Shown: piece by piece, positions 1 to 4,685 of the stretch
Layout: each line of letters opens with the position of its first letter
Position numbering within the stretch: the first letter of the stretch is position 1
The notes under the pieces: model-generated
The model's database searches: none
What the model was told of the DNA's origin: nothing
What the model saw: the letters and a program-made list of their open reading frames with translations, nothing else
Made by a program: the position numbers and the translations under genes
DNA from: a virus
Virus record (IMG/VR): IMGVR_UViG_3300045988_010436
Location: 1 to 5,801 of that record
Length of the DNA: 5,801 nucleotides
Strand: one strand, 5' to 3'

Positions 1-119
1 ACGCGGGTCAACTCATTCCATTCTATGTCGATGAGGTGTTACCGGGTGACACATTCAGCATCGACCAAGCCGCAATTATCCGCATGACTACGCCTATCTT
101 CCCGGTTATGGACAACTGC
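1..119. repeat. Terminal direct repeat, left copy: circular-genome assembly overlap identical to 5683-5801.
   Basis: Base-by-base reading shows 1-119 equals 5683-5801. The repeat lies inside the VP1 reading frame and joins it seamlessly. Unit length is 5682 nt. Confidence 0.97.
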
Positions 120-1544
120 CACATGGACATCTACTATTTCAACGTTCCGTGTCGCATCCTCTGGGAGCACTTCAAACGGTTTATGGGCGAGAACGATGAA
201 GGACCGTGGACGCAAACAAACAACTACTACATTCCACAGGTGAGTGTAGTCGGAACAGAAAACAAGCCAGCACCTTATGAAGGGAGCATCATGGACTACA
301 TGGGCATTCCTACAAAGGTGAGCAAAGGAGACAGTACAAAATTCAGCGTTAACGCACTGCCGTTCCGCGCATACGTCATGATTTGGCAGGAATGGTTCAG
401 AGACCAAAATTTAGACAATCCGGCCATCAACAGCACGAAAGACGCAACTGCCATCTACACTGACGATGAGACAAAGGGCATGGACGCAAAAACACCTGAC
501 ATTGAGTATATTCTCCAGAACGCATACACGGGCGGCAGACCGCTGCCGGTAAATAAATACCACGACTACTTCACATCGGCTTTGCCAACCCCTCAGAAAG
601 GGCCGAGTGTGAGTATCCCATTAGAGGGAAACGCCCCAATATTCGGATACAGCGACCACCAAAGAACAAAGATAGGCGATCCATCAGGAGTCAATAATCT
701 CCAAAACCAGAACATACCGCTTGGAATTGTAGGAACAAGCCCACAAAATGTTCCAGTATACCTAGGCGCAAAGATGGATAGAGTAACAGCCGCAACCGTC
801 AATCAGCTGAGACAGGCGTTTCAGGTACAAAAATACTATGAGCAGCTGGCACGCGGTGGCAGCCGTTACCGCGAGATGATTTATTCACTGTTCCATACGA
901 AAATCAGCGATAAAACGGTACAAATCCCAGAGTATCTGGGCGGTACGCGAATCACCATCAACATGAGTCAGGTCATCCAGACCAGCAGCACGACCACCGA
1001 AAGTCCGCAGGGCAACACGGCAGCAATAAGTGTTACGCCGTACAACGGGAGCATATTTACGAAGAGCTTCGAAGAGCACGGCTATGTTATCGGCGTATGC
1101 TGCATCCGACATGACCATACCTACCAGCAGGGCTTGGAGCGCATGTGGAGTCGCAAAACAAATCTGGATTTTTACTATCCTGCGTTTGCAAACTTGGGCG
1201 AGCAGGCCATTCTGAAGAAGGAGCTGTATCTCACTGGTACGAGCACTGATGAGCAGGCCTTTGGTTATCAGGAAGCTTGGGCAGAATACAGGATGAAGCC
1301 GAACCGCATTAGCGGCAAGTTCCGTTCGAATGCAACGGGGACGTTGGACAGCTGGCACTACGGCGACAACTACAAAGAAGTTCCGAGCCTGAGCCAGGCA
1401 TGGATGAAGGAAGGAGACTCCGAGATTCAGAGGACTCTGGCCGTGGATAACGAGCCGCAGTTTATCATGGATACCGTCATCGACAATACGTCTGTAAGAC
1501 CTATGCCTATGTACAGCATCCCGGGTCTCGTAGACCATCACTAA
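1..1544 (+). CDS. VP1: Major capsid protein VP1 (phiX174 F-like), 3' portion. The ORF enters the window already open; the first full codon starts at nt 3 and the true start is ATG 5586 across the circular junction.
   Basis: The frame is open from nt 3 to TAA 1542-1544. The sequence ...NAGQLIPFYVDEVLPGDTFSIDQAAIIRMTTPIFPVMDNCHMDIYYFNVPCRILW... is the conserved N-terminal signature of Microviridae major capsid proteins. Joined to 5586-5682 it gives 1641 nt (546 aa), a typical gokushovirus VP1 size. Confidence 0.96.
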   Translation, partial: AGQLIPFYVDEVLPGDTFSIDQAAIIRMTTPIFPVMDNCHMDIYYFNVPCRILWEHFKRFMGENDEGPWTQTNNYYIPQVSVVGTENKPAPYEGSIMDYMGIPTKVSKGDSTKFSVNALPFRAYVMIWQEWFRDQNLDNPAINSTKDATAIYTDDETKGMDAKTPDIEYILQNAYTGGRPLPVNKYHDYFTSALPTPQKGPSVSIPLEGNAPIFGYSDHQRTKIGDPSGVNNLQNQNIPLGIVGTSPQNVPVYLGAKMDRVTAATVNQLRQAFQVQKYYEQLARGGSRYREMIYSLFHTKISDKTVQIPEYLGGTRITINMSQVIQTSSTTTESPQGNTAAISVTPYNGSIFTKSFEEHGYVIGVCCIRHDHTYQQGLERMWSRKTNLDFYYPAFANLGEQAILKKELYLTGTSTDEQAFGYQEAWAEYRMKPNRISGKFRSNATGTLDSWHYGDNYKEVPSLSQAWMKEGDSEIQRTLAVDNEPQFIMDTVIDNTSVRPMPMYSIPGLVDHH

Positions 1545-1608
1545 AGTATTTCGTTATTGTTATTCTAAAATAGCAATAATATAACGTAACAACGACAAAA
1601 ATAAGAAT

Positions 1609-1633
1609 CCTCAGCTGAGAGTGTCAGCTGAGG
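1609..1633 (+). other. Perfect 10-bp stem / 5-nt loop hairpin in the VP1-VP2 intergenic region.
   Basis: CCTCAGCTGA (1609-1618), loop GAGTG, TCAGCTGAGG (1624-1633). The arms are exact reverse complements and each carries CAGCTG. No T-run follows. Confidence 0.8.
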
Positions 1634-1656
1634 CCTCAACTGACGAAAGGGGGGAA

Positions 1657-1686
1657 GCCCGGGGCAAAACCCCGGGCTATTTTATT
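1657..1686 (+). terminator. Rho-independent terminator-like hairpin after VP1, probably leaky/attenuating.
   Basis: GCCCGGGG (1657-1664), loop CAAAA, CCCCGGGC (1670-1677): a perfect 8-bp all-GC stem followed by TATTTTATT (1678-1686). It ends directly at the VP2 ATG. Confidence 0.6.
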
Positions 1687-2535
1687 ATGGCATTAGCAGC
1701 AATCGGCAGCGCACTACTCGGAATCGGCAAACAACTACTCCCAACAATCGCCGGAGGACTCATAAACAAATTCCTAGGCGGGAATCTGATGGAAAGCAAT
1801 GGGGGGAGCAGTCAGCACAACGAAAGTTCGAGCCAAGGAGGCGGCTACAGCAGCGCCGCCAGCGGCGTAAACCGAGAGCAAAATCTACAAGACTGGAACA
1901 GTATGCTAGGGGCAATTCAAGGCAATATGCAAAGCCAGCAGAAGTTTAACCGTCGGAGCATGTTCGAGCAAATGGGCTATAACACCATGGCAGCAATCAC
2001 TCAGGGTGTATATAACCAGATAAGCAACAACGCAGCGATGAGCTACAACAGCGCAGAAGCAGCCAAAAACAGAGCTTGGCAAGAGCAAATGAGCAATACA
2101 GCTTATCAGCGAGCTGTGGAAGACATGCGAAAAGCTGGCATCAACCCTATCTTAGCATACCAACAGGGCGGAGCGAGCACGCCGGGAGGCGCACAGGGCA
2201 CTATCAGCGGGGCAAGTATGGGTCTCGCAAGCAGCAGTGCGGCGAACGCAAGCGCTCTCGGAGTAAGCCAGAACCACAACAACACATGGAGCAAAAGCGA
2301 AAGTAACTGGTACAACGCAGCACAAGCGGTCGGAGACGCTACAAGCTGGTCCCACACAAGCGCAGACAAAGCGTTTAACGCATTCAAGGACGTCTTCAAC
2401 GACCTCAGCAACCTAAACAGTGGCGTCGGCGGAGGTGTAGGGAGAAAACCAAAAAAAGATGAGCTCGAATACAAACCGGGAAGAGACTTCATTGGAAGCA
2501 AAAACATCGAATTTTGGAAAGGAAAACTTAAATAA
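1687..2535 (+). CDS. VP2: Minor capsid / DNA pilot protein VP2 (phiX174 H analogue), 282 aa.
   Basis: ATG 1687 is in frame with track ORF 1621-2535. The N-terminus is Gly/Ala/Leu-rich (MALAAIGSALLGIGKQLLPTIAGGLINKFLGG). The low-complexity Ser/Gly/Gln/Asn body contains the conserved gokushovirus VP2 block NTAYQRAVEDMRKAGINPILAY. Its position directly after VP1 fits the family. GTG 1621 lies inside the upstream hairpin and has no RBS. Confidence 0.88.
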   Translation: MALAAIGSALLGIGKQLLPTIAGGLINKFLGGNLMESNGGSSQHNESSSQGGGYSSAASGVNREQNLQDWNSMLGAIQGNMQSQQKFNRRSMFEQMGYNTMAAITQGVYNQISNNAAMSYNSAEAAKNRAWQEQMSNTAYQRAVEDMRKAGINPILAYQQGGASTPGGAQGTISGASMGLASSSAANASALGVSQNHNNTWSKSESNWYNAAQAVGDATSWSHTSADKAFNAFKDVFNDLSNLNSGVGGGVGRKPKKDELEYKPGRDFIGSKNIEFWKGKLK

Positions 2536-3555
2536 ATGGGATGCAACAAACCGTTAATCCGGTTTTATGTACCTCATGATAGAGAGGCGAGCGGGCGAGT
2601 ATACTCACTCGCTTCTTTCAACAAAGTTCATAAGACCGAAATGAAATATGAAGACCTGATGTATCGGAAAGATGTAATGATGATTCCTTGTGGACAATGC
2701 ACAGGATGCAAACTACGCAAACGCAAAGACTGGGCCACGCGGATGGAGCTAGAAGCATACAGTCACGACAAGGAAAGCATCTGGTTCATCACACTGACCT
2801 ATGATGACGACCATATACCAACACAGGACACGGAAACAGGAGAAATCTTCAAAGGGGGCGTGAACGTCTGGAAAGACACCTCAGAGCGTCCCAGAACGGT
2901 GCAAACTTTAAGCGTAGAGGATGTCCAGTTATTCATGAAAAGGCTTAGAAAAGCCGTCAGCGGGCCTCTCAGATACTTCCTAGCCGGAGAGTATGGAGAC
3001 AACACCTCAAGACCACACTATCACATGATACTATACGGGTGGTATCCGGACGACTTAGAGCCGATTCACAAACTGTCAAGATTCGGACACTACACGAGCG
3101 ATAAACTAATCAAAGTCTGGGGGCAAGGGACAGTTGACATAGCTCAAGCAACACCAGAGACATATAACTACGTAGCCGGATATGTGACCAAGAAACTATA
3201 CGGAAACGACAAGGACAGGTATAGGAAAATGGGACTCATACCGCCATTCTGCGTAATGAGCCGAAAACCAGGACTCGGAGACGAGTGGTTTCAAAAGAAT
3301 CAAGAAAGGCTATGGCAACTTGGATACATCCAGCTGACAAACGGCAAGAGAGCAGCCATTCCAGAATATTATTGGCGAAAGCTGGAAGCTGAAAATCCTG
3401 AAAAGGCGTGGAGAATAAAGCAGTATCGACAGGAAAAAGCCATTGCATCCCTAATCGAAAGAAACATGGAAACTGACAAACGGTATGCCGAACAACTAGC
3501 CGATAAAGAAGCAATCATGAAGAAGAAGATGTCCAAAGCAAAGGGCGTTTTTTAG
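2536..3555 (+). CDS. VP4: Replication initiation protein VP4 (HUH rolling-circle endonuclease, phiX174 gpA family), 339 aa.
   Basis: The ATG abuts the VP2 stop (TAA-ATG). Cys cluster PCGQCTGCKLRKRKDW; motif 1 FITLTYDD (from nt 2785); HUH motif PHYHMILYG (H-Y-H at 3016-3024); double-tyrosine catalytic motif YVAGYVTKK (compare phiX174 YVAKYVNK). Confidence 0.96.
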   Translation: MGCNKPLIRFYVPHDREASGRVYSLASFNKVHKTEMKYEDLMYRKDVMMIPCGQCTGCKLRKRKDWATRMELEAYSHDKESIWFITLTYDDDHIPTQDTETGEIFKGGVNVWKDTSERPRTVQTLSVEDVQLFMKRLRKAVSGPLRYFLAGEYGDNTSRPHYHMILYGWYPDDLEPIHKLSRFGHYTSDKLIKVWGQGTVDIAQATPETYNYVAGYVTKKLYGNDKDRYRKMGLIPPFCVMSRKPGLGDEWFQKNQERLWQLGYIQLTNGKRAAIPEYYWRKLEAENPEKAWRIKQYRQEKAIASLIERNMETDKRYAEQLADKEAIMKKKMSKAKGVF

Positions 3556-3564
3556 CTCTGGTGT

Positions 3565-3621
3565 CACTCAGCCAAGTAACTATCAAGTATATATACTTGG
3601 CTGAGTGTTTTTTAGTTTTTT
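3565..3621 (+). terminator. Strong rho-independent terminator downstream of VP4.
   Basis: CACTCAGCCAAGTA (3565-3578) pairs perfectly with TACTTGGCTGAGTG (3594-3607): a 14-bp stem with a 15-nt loop. It is followed by TTTTTTAGTTTTTT (3608-3621). The loop region also contains the palindrome CAAGTATATACTTG. Confidence 0.85.
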
Positions 3622-3625
3622 ATCA

Positions 3626-3666
3626 GCGCGCGCGCACGCGCGCATAATTGCGCACGCGCACGCGCG
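3626..3666. repeat. Alternating purine-pyrimidine, almost pure GC imperfect palindrome (cruciform / ssDNA hairpin; Z-DNA-prone).
   Basis: Arms 3627-3644 and 3649-3666 pair at 15 of 18 positions (14 G:C plus 1 A:T; three C/A mismatches) around loop TAAT (3645-3648). Strict Pu-Py alternation runs over 3626-3646 and 3649-3666. The element is flanked by T-rich and AT-rich DNA. Confidence 0.9.
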
Positions 3667-3714
3667 ATTTTTATTATATTATTATTAACTTGTTGTAGTC
3701 GTAGTAGTAGGGAG

Positions 3715-3888
3715 TGTTGAAATGTTGAATACTATGAATTTTTATCCTTGGAACGATATTTTCTGGTTAATTTTGATGTTGATACTTTTGTGGATAACTT
3801 GTTGAATTGTTGAAAGTGTAGCAATATGCACAAAAACCTTTGTGCAACATTTTGTGGAAAACCTGTTGAAAGTGTTGAAAGTGTTGAA
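3715..3888 (+). repeat. Iteron array: seven exact TGTTGAA copies, including three tandem 9-mers.
   Basis: TGTTGAA at 3715, 3723, 3800, 3808, 3864, 3873 and 3882. Tandem TGTTGAAAG TGTTGAAAG TGTTGAAAA spans 3864-3890. Variants are TGTTGAT (3777) and TGTTGTA (3691). A 21-nt direct repeat TTTTGTGGAWAACYTGTTGAA lies at 3786-3806 and 3850-3870 (19/21 identical). Confidence 0.9.
3789..3861 (-). promoter_or_regulatory. Cluster of DnaA-box-like 9-mers.
   Basis: 3789-3797 TGTGGATAA is the reverse complement of the perfect consensus TTATCCACA. 3853-3861 TGTGGAAAA corresponds to TTTTCCACA, which fits TTWTNCACA. There are 8/9 matches at 3824-3832 (ATATGCACA, + strand) and 3841-3849 (TGTGCAACA, - strand). 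These two form the arms of an 8-bp hairpin: TGCACAAA 3827-3834 and TTTGTGCA 3839-3846, loop AACC. Confidence 0.55.
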
Positions 3889-3929
3889 AATGTAATTAGA
3901 GGCAGTTCGGCAGCTGACCGAAAAGTTAC

Positions 3930-3969
3930 GTCATGCTCTTCGTACGGCGCACCGCGCCTAGCGCATGAC
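3930..3969 (+). other. Compound GC-rich stem-loop upstream of the promoter.
   Basis: Outer 7-bp stem: GTCATGC (3930-3936) with GCATGAC (3963-3969). Inner 5-bp stem: GGCGC (3946-3950) with GCGCC (3954-3958), loop ACC. A smaller hairpin sits just upstream: TTCGG (3906-3910), loop CAGCTGA, CCGAA (3918-3922). Confidence 0.65.
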
Positions 3970-3974
3970 CTCTC

Positions 3975-4023
3975 AAAAAAAGTTTCAAAAAACTATTGAC
4001 AAATCTCAAAAGTATGGTATAAT
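3975..4023 (+). promoter_or_regulatory. Near-consensus sigma70-type promoter with extended -10 and an UP-element-like A-tract region.
   Basis: -35 TTGACA (3996-4001), 16-nt spacer, TGg extended motif (4015-4017), -10 TATAAT (4018-4023). A7 (3975-3981) and A6 (3987-3992) tracts lie upstream. Predicted start near 4030, about 20 nt before the ORF at 4050. Confidence 0.8.
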
Positions 4024-4049
4024 ATAATCAAAGAAAGGCGGAGAATAAA

Positions 4050-4247
4050 ATGAGAAAACCACGATTGAGCGAAAACACCATAGGGAAACTCGAAATTTAC
4101 GGACACGCAGAATCCGGAAAAAACTACTACGAACTGAAAGACTACATCGACGCAAAAGGAAAATGTTACACGGTGCTTGAATGGACAAACCTTAAGAACG
4201 GAGATGCAAAACAATTCGATTGGGAAAAATGCACAAAAGAGGCTTGA
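4050..4247 (+). CDS. Orphan 65-aa soluble protein in a stand-alone promoter-ORF-terminator cassette; function unknown.
   Basis: SD GGCGGAGA (4037-4044) lies 5 nt before ATG 4050. The consensus promoter is immediately upstream and a terminator overlaps the stop. The protein is Lys/Glu/Asp- and aromatic-rich, with 2 Cys and no hydrophobic segment. I recognise no family motif. Confidence 0.7.
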   Translation: MRKPRLSENTIGKLEIYGHAESGKNYYELKDYIDAKGKCYTVLEWTNLKNGDAKQFDWEKCTKEA

Positions 4248-4265
4248 CGAGTCTCTTTTTTTTTT
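4235..4265 (+). terminator. Rho-independent terminator of the 65-aa ORF cassette.
   Basis: AAAAGAGGC (4235-4243) pairs with GTCTCTTTT (4251-4259), including one G:U. The loop TTGACGA contains the stop codon. A 10-T run (4256-4265) follows. Confidence 0.65.
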
Positions 4266-4372
4266 ATATACTAAAGGCAATCAAGCAGCACAGAAGTACA
4301 TTTAACAAATTCCATTTTTACAAAATAACATTATGAAAGAGGTGAACTGCTCTGACTCTCCAAGAAATCAAG

Positions 4373-4456
4373 ATGCTGTTTGAAAACATCCAAAAAATCC
4401 TTGCCATGCTGGACAAAATCTACCACGCAGTAACAGGGGACAAACCGGAGGCTTGA
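4373..4456 (+). CDS. Possible 27-aa leader ORF (MLFENIQKILAMLDKIYHAVTGDKPEA); weak call.
   Basis: ATG 4373 to TGA 4454-4456, which ends 1 nt before the ATG of the next ORF. No convincing SD lies upstream, and the ORF is very short. Confidence 0.2.
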   Translation: MLFENIQKILAMLDKIYHAVTGDKPEA

Positions 4457-4457
4457 A

Positions 4458-4685
4458 ATGGAAAACAAACCATGGAATGTAAGAGACCAGACCGACGAGA
4501 ACCTTATGCAAGAGTTGACGAAAACCTACAAGGCAATAGACGCCGCGTACAAAATGGTACGACAGGCAACAAACATCGAAGACGCAAAGTATTATATTGA
4601 CATTGCGTTTAGAAAAAAAGCATCTGCCAGTAACATTGAGGTGGAAATCCTCAGAAGGGAAATCAACCATGGCAAAGAGGAGTAA
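4458..4685 (+). CDS. Orphan 75-aa charged, probably helical protein; function unknown.
   Basis: Strong SD GGAGG (4447-4451) lies 6 nt before ATG 4458. Its 3' end overlaps the J-like gene start by 17 nt, as expected for compact phage organisation. No motif recognised. Confidence 0.6.
   Translation: MENKPWNVRDQTDENLMQELTKTYKAIDAAYKMVRQATNIEDAKYYIDIAFRKKASASNIEVEILRREINHGKEE

Noticed and set aside
1030-1215. + strand 61-aa ORF in an alternative frame inside VP1.
   Set aside because: It has no SD and an Ala/Arg/Ser-rich off-frame composition. Nothing suggests a phiX174-style overlapping gene here.
1552-1586. AT-rich imperfect hairpin (CGTTAT...ATAACG with inner TTATT/AATAA) just after the VP1 stop.
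   Set aside because: The stems are short, interrupted and almost entirely A:T. Such pairings arise easily by chance in AT-rich spacer, so it is not reported as a feature.
1621-1686. GTG 1621 as the VP2 start (track ORF 1621-2535).
   Set aside because: The GTG sits in the loop of the 1609-1633 hairpin with no SD. The added 22 residues run through the terminator hairpin. ATG 1687 gives the typical hydrophobic Gly-rich VP2 N-terminus.
2076-2306. + strand 76-aa highly basic ORF overlapping VP2 out of frame.
   Set aside because: Overlapping genes do exist in Microviridae, so I considered it. There is no RBS before ATG 2076, and its basic low-complexity sequence is what the +1 frame of a Gln/Ser/Ala/Gly-rich gene produces. 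It is unsupported without conservation data.
39-3514. Other - strand track ORFs (39-407, 593-802, 885-1541, 1906-2088, 2106-2549, 2152-2355, 2799-3005, 3236-3514).
   Set aside because: All are antisense shadows inside VP1, VP2 or VP4. They have no start context or recognisable motifs, and their Cys/Arg/Val-rich compositions are typical of non-coding frames.
3640-3666. XerCD dif-like site. GCGCATAA at 3640-3647 matches the core of the XerC arm (GGTGCGCATAA), which is relevant because enterobacterial gokushovirus prophages are reported to integrate at dif.
   Set aside because: The downstream sequence (TTGCGC ACGCGCACGCG) has no resemblance to the central region or the XerD arm (TTATGTTAAAT). 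A second partial look-alike on the - strand near 4312-4340 matches only CATAATGT plus a degenerate arm. No complete 28-bp dif-like site is present.
3715-3890. Short repeats considered as a CRISPR array.
   Set aside because: The repeat unit is only 7-9 nt, partly tandem and without unique spacers of regular length. There are no cas genes. This is iteron-like, not CRISPR.
4301-4329. Weak promoter-like TTTAAC-17-AATAAC upstream of the 27-aa and 75-aa ORFs.
   Set aside because: Both hexamers match poorly (3/6 for the -35, 4/6 for the -10) in an AT-rich context where such matches are frequent. The 4244-4272 candidate is better.
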